Both the position numbers and the translations under genes were made by a program. Under the pieces are notes generated by a model. It ran no database searches, was not told the origin of the DNA, and worked only from the letters and a program-made list of their open reading frames with translations. Shown here piece after piece: positions 19,535-29,353 of a stretch of 64,000 bases of DNA (position 1 is its first letter; each line of letters begins with the position of its first letter). Where the stretch lies: the NCBI GenBank assembly GCA_016839585.1, contig JAEOTZ010000050.1, positions 32,001-96,000 on the forward strand, given 5' to 3'. This DNA comes from Promethearchaeota archaeon. Its GTDB lineage: Archaea; Asgardarchaeota; Lokiarchaeia; Sigyniarchaeales; SOKP01.

Positions 19535-20779
19535 TTATTCCTGTAATTCTTTATTTTTTTCTTCGTCAGGTTCTATTTTTTTAAGCTCTTCTTTAATCCT
19601 TTTGGTTTCTTCTTCTTTAAGTTTCTGTTCTTTTTGTTCAATTGCTTTTTGCTTTAGTTCTAACTCTACTTGAGATAGTTCCTTTTCTTTTTCAATTAAT
19701 TCTTCTTTTAATTTTAATACCTTTTCCTTCTCTAAGATTTCTTTTTCTTCTAATGCCTTCTCTTTTTCTTCTAATGCCAATTTTTTCTTTTTAATCTCTA
19801 TATCTTTCTTTTTTAGTTCCAATTCTTTATCAATAATTTCCGATTCTTCCTTCTTTAGCTTTTTTGGTATTTTTAATTTTGCAGGCTTTTCTTTACTTTC
19901 TATATCTTCTACCAATTCTTGTTCTTTCGTTATTATTTCCTCTTTTAATCTTAATGTCTCCTCTTTCGTTTGCATTGCCTTTTCTTCAATTTCTTTCTCT
20001 TTTTCTTCTAATGCCAATTTTTTCTTTTTAATCTCTAATTCTTTCTTTTTTAGTTCCAATTCTTTATCTAAAATTTCTGATTCTTCCTTTTCCAAATGTT
20101 TTTCCATCTTTTCTTCTTCTACAATTTCTCCTATTTTATCAATGGAAACTATGGATTTTAATATTGAATCTATGGATTTTTTTAAATCTTCATTCTCGGG
20201 AATATTTAGTATTTCTTTTGCATAATCAGTTAAAGTTCTAGTTATTACAGTTGGGTTATTCCTACCTATCGCTTTTAGAGTTTGAATAGCTTTTTCAACT
20301 ACAAAATCTTTATCATCTGATAATTTTAATATAATTGTTTTTATAAGAGCCTCATCATCAATATCAGTTTCTCCACCCGCCATGTATATTAATAATTGTA
20401 AAGCCGCTTCTCGGACATTAGGATCATTAGAATTTAATAAATCTTCACTATGAGGGAGGAATAAATCACATTCGTTTTCACACATAGTTTTCAGTAGTAG
20501 TAAAAATGTATATCTCAATAACGAGTCTTTTTTTGAAAGGTTGTTTAATAAAGTAGGTATATCAATAATTAAGTTTTCAATTAAAAATCTCAATACTGTT
20601 CTACCTCCATGAAGAGGTATTAATGTTTCTATAATATTTTCTAATCTTTCTATATAATTTTCTTCTGTTGGATTGCCCAAATAACGCGCGATTGTTTTTA
20701 CAGCATCATCAATTCTCCCATCTTTTATAAAATCTTTAACGATTTGAATTTCCTGATCTTTTTTATTAACCTCATTCAT
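19535..20779 (-). CDS. HEAT-repeat protein with long charged coiled-coil tail
   Basis: LLNSNDPNVREAALQLL and LSDDKDFVVEKAIQTL HEAT motifs; E/K-rich tail. Confidence 0.75.
   Translation of the reverse strand: MNEVNKKDQEIQIVKDFIKDGRIDDAVKTIARYLGNPTEENYIERLENIIETLIPLHGGRTVLRFLIENLIIDIPTLLNNLSKKDSLLRYTFLLLLKTMCENECDLFLPHSEDLLNSNDPNVREAALQLLIYMAGGETDIDDEALIKTIILKLSDDKDFVVEKAIQTLKAIGRNNPTVITRTLTDYAKEILNIPENEDLKKSIDSILKSIVSIDKIGEIVEEEKMEKHLEKEESEILDKELELKKKELEIKKKKLALEEKEKEIEEKAMQTKEETLRLKEEIITKEQELVEDIESKEKPAKLKIPKKLKKEESEIIDKELELKKKDIEIKKKKLALEEKEKALEEKEILEKEKVLKLKEELIEKEKELSQVELELKQKAIEQKEQKLKEEETKRIKEELKKIEPDEEKNKELQE
19758..20089 (-). repeat. Intragenic direct repeat (about 95 bp, two copies, period 237 bp)
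   Basis: KEESEI.DKELELKKK.[LI]EIKKKKLALEEKEK is encoded twice (about 19758-19852 and 19995-20089). Confidence 0.85.
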
Positions 20780-20804
20780 TATTATTAACCTCTTCTCTTT
20801 TCAT

Positions 20805-21761
20805 TTAATCTACCCAAATAATATAATAATCATTATAAATTCGTGTTATAAAATTAAAAATTAATCGCAAATCTCTAAATCTTAAAGGTAACCGCTTATT
20901 ATGTTCGATATAATTATTAGATTCTACACTAATATTCAACATTATTTCTAAATTTTCATTATCATCCATTTGTAAATGTATTTCTTCACAATACTGTGTA
21001 AGAGCATCTAGATCTTCTGCAAAAACATTCCAAAAATATTGATCTATTTTTGAAATATTTTCTTCTGGAAGTTTATCTTTAATTTTTAAAAGAACATCAT
21101 GAGGTACCATTGTTGAAACTGATACATATTTGGATGGAATTAACTTCATGCTTACCTCAGGAAAATAGATTTGAGCATATAATATGATTAAACCTAACAA
21201 TAATTCAAGACTAACAATATTTTCGCGATTAGCATTACAAAGGACATATTTTTCATTAATATTGATAACATGTATACGGTCATCATATTTGAAGATCATA
21301 TAATTATTCATTAATATGTATTTAAAATTCTCATTTCGATTTTGAATCCTATCATCGAATATCTTCAAAGCATCTTTCCATTTTTCGAAAGAAATAAACT
21401 GATTTAATTTACGATAATCTCCATGAAAAAAGATATCTAAAAAGTCTAATAGATATAAGTAAGTATCATAAGGTCTATATACAACAGTCTTATTTCTAAA
21501 ATCCCTTTCGATGACCCCTTTATGAACGCTATAACAAAATTTTGGTAGATCCTCTAATTTTAAGCCATTTTTTATTCTTAATTTCAATAAAAAGCGTCTA
21601 GCGCATAATGGTGTTAATGTACATTGAATTCTATCAATCTGACATTCTTCAAAACATAATTTATCAATTCTATTCATCAATAAGTCAATCAAATCTGATT
21701 TGTATTTAGTTTCTGATTCGTTTGCCAAATAATCTAATAGATGTTCTGGTTGTAAAGGCAT
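20805..21761 (-). CDS. Hypothetical protein with N-terminal Cys cluster
   Basis: CFEECQIDRIQCTLTPLC...FC; co-oriented with the HEAT gene. Confidence 0.7.
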   Translation of the reverse strand: MPLQPEHLLDYLANESETKYKSDLIDLLMNRIDKLCFEECQIDRIQCTLTPLCARRFLLKLRIKNGLKLEDLPKFCYSVHKGVIERDFRNKTVVYRPYDTYLYLLDFLDIFFHGDYRKLNQFISFEKWKDALKIFDDRIQNRNENFKYILMNNYMIFKYDDRIHVININEKYVLCNANRENIVSLELLLGLIILYAQIYFPEVSMKLIPSKYVSVSTMVPHDVLLKIKDKLPEENISKIDQYFWNVFAEDLDALTQYCEEIHLQMDDNENLEIMLNISVESNNYIEHNKRLPLRFRDLRLIFNFITRIYNDYYIIWVD

Positions 21762-21958
21762 CTTTTTAAATTAGAATATCAAAATTTTATTATAGATCTT
21801 ATAAAGAAACTAATTTTCAAGTCTAATATTTTTTATTAATTTTTTATTATTCTATAAAAATACTTAAACTTTTATTAGAAAGGAATTATAAAGAATTATT
21901 AAGAAGCATTACTTCTTTCTTTGTAGGATAGAATAGAATGTGTTAGGATAAGTAGAAT

Positions 21959-23524
21959 ATGTTAAGACAAATTCACATTTTTCTTAAAGCTGAACATTTA
22001 TTTTGTAAGGATTATGCAATGGCATTAAGTGGCGAGGAATTAAACAACGTTAAAGAAATTATCCAAGAATATATCGATATGCCAATGCCTAATAAAACAT
22101 TTAGTCGTCCGGTTTCAAATTTTCAGATATTTCATAGGGGAACCGGAGAATTGTATTTCTTATTTATAGCTGATTTAGTCGATTCACTTGATATATTAAA
22201 TGATATTATAAAAAGTACGATGGAAAAGTTTAAAGAGTTATTTCCTGATCCCTCTAAGATTAAAGAATCAAGTCCTTCTAAATATGAGTTTATGCGCTTC
22301 TTAGATTTGATCCAAAAAGATCTTCACTCGAAGATAGCAATTATAGGACCAACTGGTTCTGGAAAATCAACGCTCTATAACATGCTACGTAGTGGTGGAG
22401 AAAGATCAATAATGAATTTTGCAAAATCATCAATTTTTGAGATGGATGGTTTAAATTTTGATTTATGGGATTTTCAAATAAAAGATAATTTTTCTCCTTT
22501 ATGGTCTAAGTTCATCAGTGGATCTGATTTAATTATTCTATTATTTGATTTATCAAATTATCATTTGAAGGTAGTTAATCATTTTATAAATTTGCATAAG
22601 CTTGAAAGTAATTTTTCCAGATTATTAATGATTGCTAACAAACGAGATTTAGTAGATGATGAAGATATAGGAAGAATTAAGAATGAATTAGATATAGATG
22701 ATTTTATTGAACTTTCTCTAAATGATCCTGAAACTAAGCAAAATATCGATGGATTATTAAAAAAAGCTGTAGGTTTAAAGGAAACATTACCATCAAATTT
22801 TAACGAACTAATAAAAAAAGCTGATGAATTAGTTGCTGTTGGAAATAATGTCCAAGCATTAGCGAAATATAATGAATTAATCAATGTATGTAATTTATAT
22901 CAAGATTTTATGTATTTACCAAGTCTTCAAACAAAAGCAGATAATCTTAGAAAATTAATTGACGAAAAAGTAAAGATTAGAAAAGAAATGGATAGAAAGA
23001 AAGAATTTGCAATCCCTGCTAAATTAAAATTTGCAAAAAAAATAATGGTAAAACCTCTTCCTGGTACAAAACCTATACCAGAAAATTCTGTTCAAATAAA
23101 AGCACCTGATACAGCTCCTGAGACAACTAAAAAAATGGCGTCATTTAAACAACTAGAAAAGAAACCAAAAGAATTGAAAATTTTCAAAACTGAGGAAGTA
23201 TCTCCCAAACCTAAAAAACTTACATTAACTCCAAAAGATTTAAAGATCGTAATACCCACCGAAAAAGAATTGAAAATTAAAGAAACTAAATTGCCTACTG
23301 ATTTATTTCCAAAATTGGATGAATCAAAAGTAAAAATAGATGAAGCTAAATTAGGTGACTTCGCTAGCGAGTTACAAAAAATGATAACTGAGAAAGGAAG
23401 TTCCTTGAGTTTAAAATTATGCGAACAATTGATAACAGAATTACATAATTCCTTAGGAAGAACATTGACTAAGGAGGATATTAATCTAGCAGCAGATTTT
23501 TTTGTTAAACAAGAACAAATGTAA
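21959..23524 (+). CDS. Multidomain small-GTPase-like protein (longin-like N-terminus, degenerate GTPase, helical bundle, Pro/Lys linker)
   Basis: G1 GPTGSGKST and G4 NKRD; G3 degenerate (WDFQIK); N-terminal MLRQIHIF...LYFLFIAD longin-like pattern. Confidence 0.75.
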   Translation: MLRQIHIFLKAEHLFCKDYAMALSGEELNNVKEIIQEYIDMPMPNKTFSRPVSNFQIFHRGTGELYFLFIADLVDSLDILNDIIKSTMEKFKELFPDPSKIKESSPSKYEFMRFLDLIQKDLHSKIAIIGPTGSGKSTLYNMLRSGGERSIMNFAKSSIFEMDGLNFDLWDFQIKDNFSPLWSKFISGSDLIILLFDLSNYHLKVVNHFINLHKLESNFSRLLMIANKRDLVDDEDIGRIKNELDIDDFIELSLNDPETKQNIDGLLKKAVGLKETLPSNFNELIKKADELVAVGNNVQALAKYNELINVCNLYQDFMYLPSLQTKADNLRKLIDEKVKIRKEMDRKKEFAIPAKLKFAKKIMVKPLPGTKPIPENSVQIKAPDTAPETTKKMASFKQLEKKPKELKIFKTEEVSPKPKKLTLTPKDLKIVIPTEKELKIKETKLPTDLFPKLDESKVKIDEAKLGDFASELQKMITEKGSSLSLKLCEQLITELHNSLGRTLTKEDINLAADFFVKQEQM

Positions 23525-23711
23525 TGATTTTTTTAAAAATTTTTAAAATATACTTCTAATCTGTAATTTGTTTTTATTGTGCTTTATCCTCTTTAGATTG
23601 ATAATTAATTCAAAAAATATTACATTTAGGAAAAATAAAACTAAAATTTATTTGTATATCCTTAATTATCTTTTTTAAAAATTTTTATCATTACAATATA
23701 AAGTTTTTAAA

Positions 23712-25208
23712 ATGAATGCTATAGAAGAACTTAAGGAATATTTTGCTGAAATAATGAGACTACACTATATACAAGTGACATTGGGATGGGATCAAGAGGT
23801 AAATATGCAAAATTATAAATCATTAGAAGGTAGATCTAAGCAAGTATCTTTGATTGAAAAATTAATTCATAAAAGAGTAACTTCAGAAAAAGTCGGTAAA
23901 TTAATAAAGGAAGCAGAAGAACTTGCTGATCTTAATGAAATTGAAAGTGCTATGCTACGTGAAATTACTAGAGAATATAATCTTGCAACAAAATTACCTG
24001 AAAAATTAGTAACAGAAATTGCTGAAACTAGTATATTAGCAGCCAAAGATTGGAGAGAGGCTAGAGCTAAAAGTGATTTTTCAATTTTCCAAAATATCCT
24101 TGAGAAGAGTGTTGAATTACAAAAAGAAAAAGCAAGAAGGCTTAAGACTCATCCAGATATGTATTCAACTTTAATTGATTTATATGAACCTGGTGCCACA
24201 TATAATTGGATTGCTAATGTCTTTAATCCAATAAAACCGAAACTAATAGATTTTGTTAAAAAGTTAAATTATTCTTCAAATAAACCTGATGATTCAATAC
24301 TAAGGAAGTATTATGATCCAGATAAACAGTTTGAACTTAGTTTTGAGATAATTAAAAAACTTAATTATGATCTTGGGTATGGTCGGCAGGATAGATCTAC
24401 TCACCCATTTACATCATCACTTGCTTCTATGGATACGCGAATCACTACAAGGACATCAGAAAATTACCCTAATGAATGTATCTTTGGAACAATACACGAA
24501 TGTGGTCATGCACTTTATGAAATGGGCATTAAGAAAGAGCTTCATGATACAATTTTATGTAACGGCACTTCAATGGGAATTCATGAATCTCAATCAAGAA
24601 TGTGGGAGAATTTTGTAGGTCGTAGTAAGGAATTTTGGATGTATTGGTATCCAACTTTTCAAAAGTATTTCCCTGAAAATTTAAAAAACTATCCTATGCA
24701 AGAATTTTATAGAGCTGTTAATACTGTTCAGCCATCATTTATAAGAGTAAATGCTGATGAGGTAACATATGGTTTACATATTATTTTGAGATTTGAATTA
24801 GAAAAAGAACTTATAGATGGTAAAATTCAAGTAAAAGAATTACCACAATTATGGAATTCTAAATTTGAAGATTTATTAGGAATTATTCCCCCTAATGACA
24901 CTCAAGGAGTATTACAAGATATACACTGGAGTATGGGAAGTATAGGATATTTCCCTACATATTTTCTTGGAAATCTTTATGGAGCGCAGATATATCAGAA
25001 TGTTCTCAAAAAAATTCCGCAATTACCAGAAGATTATAGAAAAGGTGAATTTTCTAATTTATTGAATTATCTAAGAGAAAATGTGCATCAACATGGAAGT
25101 GTCTATAGAGCGAGTGATTTAATAAAAAGAATCACAGGGGAAGAATTAAACCCAAATTACTTTATGGATTATCTTGAAAAGAAATATTATCCAATTTATA
25201 ATCTCTAA
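23712..25208 (+). CDS. Carboxypeptidase M32 (Taq-like)
   Basis: HPF, HECGHALYE, IHESQSR, IRVNADE, QDIHW and GYFPTY motifs. Confidence 0.95.
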   Translation: MNAIEELKEYFAEIMRLHYIQVTLGWDQEVNMQNYKSLEGRSKQVSLIEKLIHKRVTSEKVGKLIKEAEELADLNEIESAMLREITREYNLATKLPEKLVTEIAETSILAAKDWREARAKSDFSIFQNILEKSVELQKEKARRLKTHPDMYSTLIDLYEPGATYNWIANVFNPIKPKLIDFVKKLNYSSNKPDDSILRKYYDPDKQFELSFEIIKKLNYDLGYGRQDRSTHPFTSSLASMDTRITTRTSENYPNECIFGTIHECGHALYEMGIKKELHDTILCNGTSMGIHESQSRMWENFVGRSKEFWMYWYPTFQKYFPENLKNYPMQEFYRAVNTVQPSFIRVNADEVTYGLHIILRFELEKELIDGKIQVKELPQLWNSKFEDLLGIIPPNDTQGVLQDIHWSMGSIGYFPTYFLGNLYGAQIYQNVLKKIPQLPEDYRKGEFSNLLNYLRENVHQHGSVYRASDLIKRITGEELNPNYFMDYLEKKYYPIYNL

Positions 25209-25313
25209 TTTTATTTTTTTTTAAATTTTATAATAATAAAACTGATAAAATATTCTGAAATATTTTAACTATTCATGAATGAGAAATCACACGATTAGGC
25301 TATTTGAGATAAC

Positions 25314-25904
25314 ATGTTATTGCAAGTGAAAAAATTTTCAGAAAAACTATTGCTTCCCTTAGGAAGAAAATTAACAAAAATACCTGCAAATTATTTTACT
25401 TTACTTGGTATGATCTCTGCCATCATAACATTTATTGGTTTTTATTTTCAAAATCTCCCTTTAATTATTACTTTCTTATTTGTTACTGAGTTTTTTGATC
25501 AATTAGACGGTGTAGTTGCCCGTCTTCAAGGACCAACAAAGATAGGTGCATTTCTAGATTCTACCTTAGATCGAATCGGAGATTTTTTTCTATTTTTTGG
25601 AGTAATCCTTGGTGGATATACTTCGATTGAAATAGGTCTAATAGTAATTATTGGTGCATTTTTAACTTCTTATACAAGAGCTAAAATTGAAGCACTTGGA
25701 ATAAAAAGTATGTATGGAGTTGGATTAATTGAAAGAACAGATCGTGTTCCAATTTTGTTTATAGGGGCTATTTTTCAAATTTGGTTTCCAACCGCTATAT
25801 GGTGGACGATGATAATTTTAGCGATAGGAACAAATATTACTGCTATACATAGAATTCTTTACGCCTATAGTAAATTTTCTAAAAAGGAACAAGATTTGGA
25901 GTAG
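25314..25904 (+). CDS. CDP-alcohol phosphatidyltransferase (archaetidylinositol-phosphate synthase-like)
   Basis: DQLDGVVAR...GAFLDSTLDRIGD signature; SYTRAKIE and ERTDR motifs. Confidence 0.9.
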   Translation: MLLQVKKFSEKLLLPLGRKLTKIPANYFTLLGMISAIITFIGFYFQNLPLIITFLFVTEFFDQLDGVVARLQGPTKIGAFLDSTLDRIGDFFLFFGVILGGYTSIEIGLIVIIGAFLTSYTRAKIEALGIKSMYGVGLIERTDRVPILFIGAIFQIWFPTAIWWTMIILAIGTNITAIHRILYAYSKFSKKEQDLE

Positions 25905-25936
25905 AATTTTTAGAAAAATAAAAAATATTAAGTAAG

Positions 25937-26602
25937 TTAGAATTGCTTTCTATTAAAGATAAATATATTTAACAGCATAATTATAGTAGTAACAGAATAT
26001 CCTATTATTGGAGTAACCACAACTGGTTTACCAAAATCTATAAAAAGAGGTAATAGAAAAATTATCGAAGAAAGTTGATTTCCCAAATAAACTGATAAAA
26101 TTGCTGCAGCTGCTACTGATGGGACTAATACTCCGAAAAATATTCCCATTGAACATGAAACTGCCATAAAAGCCATAAGAATTAACATAGATTCTAGGAC
26201 TTCTATAAAGTCATCTACAGTTACTCCAACATCAAACGCTTCTAATATTAACATAGCTAAATATGAAATAAAAACCGCTATTACTAGACATAAATAAACA
26301 GCAAAAAATTTAGCTAAAAGGAAATACCACCTTTTAACGGGTCTTACTAAGAATAATTCATACACATTATGATTTTTTTCACTTACTATTGATGTACTTA
26401 ACATAACAGAAGAAAGAGTACTACCTATACTTGATATTATCAATCCTATGGAAATGGTTATTAAAGGATCCTCTACATCTGCTTGTTGATATAAAAAGCG
26501 AATTAAGATAGCTAATGCTGGCATCCCAAACCATAGGATAATCATAACCTTTGATTTAATATATCCTCTCAACTCATCAAAAAAAAGTAATAAGAAAGTC
26601 AC
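25937..26602 (-). CDS. ABC-2 type transporter permease
   Basis: SIVSEK...LFLVRPVKR..FLLAKF; 6 TM; overlaps the ATPase stop. Confidence 0.85.
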   Translation of the reverse strand: MTFLLLFFDELRGYIKSKVMIILWFGMPALAILIRFLYQQADVEDPLITISIGLIISSIGSTLSSVMLSTSIVSEKNHNVYELFLVRPVKRWYFLLAKFFAVYLCLVIAVFISYLAMLILEAFDVGVTVDDFIEVLESMLILMAFMAVSCSMGIFFGVLVPSVAAAAILSVYLGNQLSSIIFLLPLFIDFGKPVVVTPIIGYSVTTIIMLLNIFIFNRKQF

Positions 26603-27546
26603 TTTAATTCACCCCCTACATACGATAGGTATACTTCTTCTAAACTCGGTTTAACGATACTAAAATTTCTTATCTTACAATCATTTTCTAGTAATAATTT
26701 TAGAATTTGATTAACAGTAGAATTTAAATTAATATCAGAACTTAAGTGTACAAGTTGAATATTTGAAGCTAAATTTTCTACTTTTTCAACCTCAGCAATA
26801 TTTTCTAAATCTTGGTATAACAACGTATTTTTAGCAACTTCAATTCTTATCATATTCCCTATGCGAAAATCACTTTGTAATTCATCAGGACTTCCTATTT
26901 TAAGAATTTTCCCTTTATGCAAAATTCCAATAACATTTGCTATATCTTGAACATCACTTAAGATATGTGAAGAAAATAGAATAGTCTTCCCACTTTTAGC
27001 AAGCGATTTGATTAATCCTTTTATTTGGTACCTAATGGAAGGATCCAAACCAGATAACGGTTCATCTAAAACAAGAATTTCTGGTTCGTGTAAGAGAGCT
27101 TGACATAACCTAAGTTTTTGGATCATACCCCCTGATAAATGTTTAATTTTTTTATATCTTACATCTTCAAGTTCGGTAAATTTTAAAACATCATAAATAC
27201 GATTTTCAAGATTGCCTTTACTCACTCCAGATAAACGACCAAAAGTTGTAAGAGCCTGGTTAACTGTTCTCCATTCTTGAAATCCTACTTCTTGAGGATG
27301 ATATCCTACAATTTTGTGAAGATCTTTAAAATTAGATACAGATATTCCATTAACATATACTTCCCCTTTATAATTTGGAATTAATCCGACTAAAATTTTA
27401 ATAGTTGTAGTTTTCCCCGCACCATTTGGTCCGATATATCCAAATATATCTCCTTTTTCTATTATAAAAGAGATATTGTTTAAAGCAAGAAGATCTTTAT
27501 AACTTTTAGAAACATTATGTAATTCAATACAGCTATTTTGGCTCAT
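26599..27546 (-). CDS. ABC transporter ATP-binding protein
   Basis: GPNGAGKTT, LSGGM, LVLDEP and SSH motifs. Confidence 0.95.
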   Translation of the reverse strand: MSQNSCIELHNVSKSYKDLLALNNISFIIEKGDIFGYIGPNGAGKTTTIKILVGLIPNYKGEVYVNGISVSNFKDLHKIVGYHPQEVGFQEWRTVNQALTTFGRLSGVSKGNLENRIYDVLKFTELEDVRYKKIKHLSGGMIQKLRLCQALLHEPEILVLDEPLSGLDPSIRYQIKGLIKSLAKSGKTILFSSHILSDVQDIANVIGILHKGKILKIGSPDELQSDFRIGNMIRIEVAKNTLLYQDLENIAEVEKVENLASNIQLVHLSSDINLNSTVNQILKLLLENDCKIRNFSIVKPSLEEVYLSYVGGELK

Positions 27547-27753
27547 TTCTTTAACATCTATACTATTTAAATATTAATTGATTTTAACTTCTCTGAATTT
27601 TTAAAATTATTATTCTATAACTATTTTTACATATATAATTTAAAGCTTTATTATCTAAAAAAAAATTAACAGATTTGTACTCAGAACAAATTTATATATA
27701 AAATCTGTCATAATTTATTCAATTAGATTTCTTATACAAACTGGGATACGATA

Positions 27754-28734
27754 ATGTTCATTAATGAAATTAATATAAAATTAGTTGTTTTTGGAGATGG
27801 TGGTGTTGGTAAGACTTCTATTATAAACTCTTATTTAAATAAAGGTTTCCCAGAAAGATATATTCCTACAATAGGAAGTAATATTTCTAGAAAAGAATAT
27901 AAATTGAAGGATTATTTTATTCGTATGAATATATTTGATATTGGTGGCCAACGTGCTTTTAATCCGCTAAACCCAGTATATTTTAACAATGTTGATGTAG
28001 CCCTATTAGTTTTTGATTTATCTAAGACAAAAGAAACACTTATAGAACTGCAAAAAACATATTTAAAGAAATTAACAGAGTCTTCTGAAGATTGCTTAAC
28101 TTATTTAATTGGAAATAAATTAGATTTAATATCAACAGAAGATGATTTAAAGGAAATTTCTGATCGATTTAGTATTAAAGAAATCCCATTAATTCTTATT
28201 TCTGCTAAAACGCAACATAAAGTCCAAGATCTTTTTGAATTATCAGTTTTTAATTTTTTGCAAGATTGGGATAATAAAATTGAAGATACTGATAGTAGAC
28301 TTTCAGAAGAATTTTTGGGATTTATCAGAAAAAGTGAGAATGATCTAAATGATTTATTTACAAATTTAACAAATATTGATTTACATGCTCTTAAAAAGAA
28401 ATCAACTACAAAGATCACAAAAAAAGTCTCAATTTCATCAGAAAGTGAAATTGAATTACCTGAATCTCTTGAGAAAATTAAAGATACTCAAAATCAAATT
28501 CCCAAATTCGATGAAATTAAAGAGAATATTATAAATGCTTATAGCAATAATTTAACAGCAATTAAAGATATAATTATAAATTTAAAGAACACTCCAATAG
28601 CTTTACTCAACGAGATAATTGATAAAACATCCAAAGATTTAAATTATTTCAAAGAGGATTTTGAGTTAAAGCTGCAATCAATATTAAAACTAGAAAAAGA
28701 GAAAAAAACAAAACACAATCAAAAGATTAATTAA
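27754..28734 (+). CDS. Rab/Ras-like small GTPase with C-terminal helical/coiled-coil extension
   Basis: G1 GDGGVGKTS, G2 YIPTIG, G3 DIGGQ, G4 NKLD, G5 SAK. Confidence 0.9.
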   Translation: MFINEINIKLVVFGDGGVGKTSIINSYLNKGFPERYIPTIGSNISRKEYKLKDYFIRMNIFDIGGQRAFNPLNPVYFNNVDVALLVFDLSKTKETLIELQKTYLKKLTESSEDCLTYLIGNKLDLISTEDDLKEISDRFSIKEIPLILISAKTQHKVQDLFELSVFNFLQDWDNKIEDTDSRLSEEFLGFIRKSENDLNDLFTNLTNIDLHALKKKSTTKITKKVSISSESEIELPESLEKIKDTQNQIPKFDEIKENIINAYSNNLTAIKDIIINLKNTPIALLNEIIDKTSKDLNYFKEDFELKLQSILKLEKEKKTKHNQKIN

Positions 28735-28757
28735 AAAAAGAGAAATGGTGAATAAGA

Positions 28758-29318
28758 TTGCCTAAAAAAGAGGTTATCAAGGAAATAACTCCAAAGTTAA
28801 TTCAGAAATTAGTAGACCAAGTAAATAAACTTGAAGAGAATATTGAATTAATCAATAACGAACTTAAAGAAAATGTTGAATTAATTAATGAAAATATTAG
28901 AAAAATAAAAGAGGAGATTACAATATATAAAGAACAAACTGAAGAAACGATTAGAACTCAAGAAGATATCATAATCAGTATGGTACATAAATTTAATGAC
29001 CAATTTTTATTAGAAAAAAACAAAATCATATCTGACTTAGAAGCAGTTAAAACTCAATTTGATGTAATGAAAATCTCTTTCACTGTTAACGAAAATCAAC
29101 TTTTAGAGAAACTAAGAACTATGATAAGGGGAGAGTTAAAAAATGTAATTACTGGTAAAGAAGATGAAATATTAATGAAATTATGGATTGATGAATTAAA
29201 ACAAATAATTTTGAATTTTGAAAATTTGAAAAAGGTTCATCCTAAAGAATTTAATTTACAAATTGAAGAGATTTCTAACACTATTGAAGTTTTCAAGCAA
29301 AAACTTCAAGGTTCTTAA
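28758..29318 (+). CDS. Coiled-coil protein, co-transcribed with the GTPase
   Basis: Heptad-rich; GGTGA-6nt-TTG start 23 bp after the GTPase stop. Confidence 0.75.
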   Translation: MPKKEVIKEITPKLIQKLVDQVNKLEENIELINNELKENVELINENIRKIKEEITIYKEQTEETIRTQEDIIISMVHKFNDQFLLEKNKIISDLEAVKTQFDVMKISFTVNENQLLEKLRTMIRGELKNVITGKEDEILMKLWIDELKQIILNFENLKKVHPKEFNLQIEEISNTIEVFKQKLQGS

Positions 29319-29353
29319 GTGAATCAAATAATGAAGAAAGATAAAATAATATG

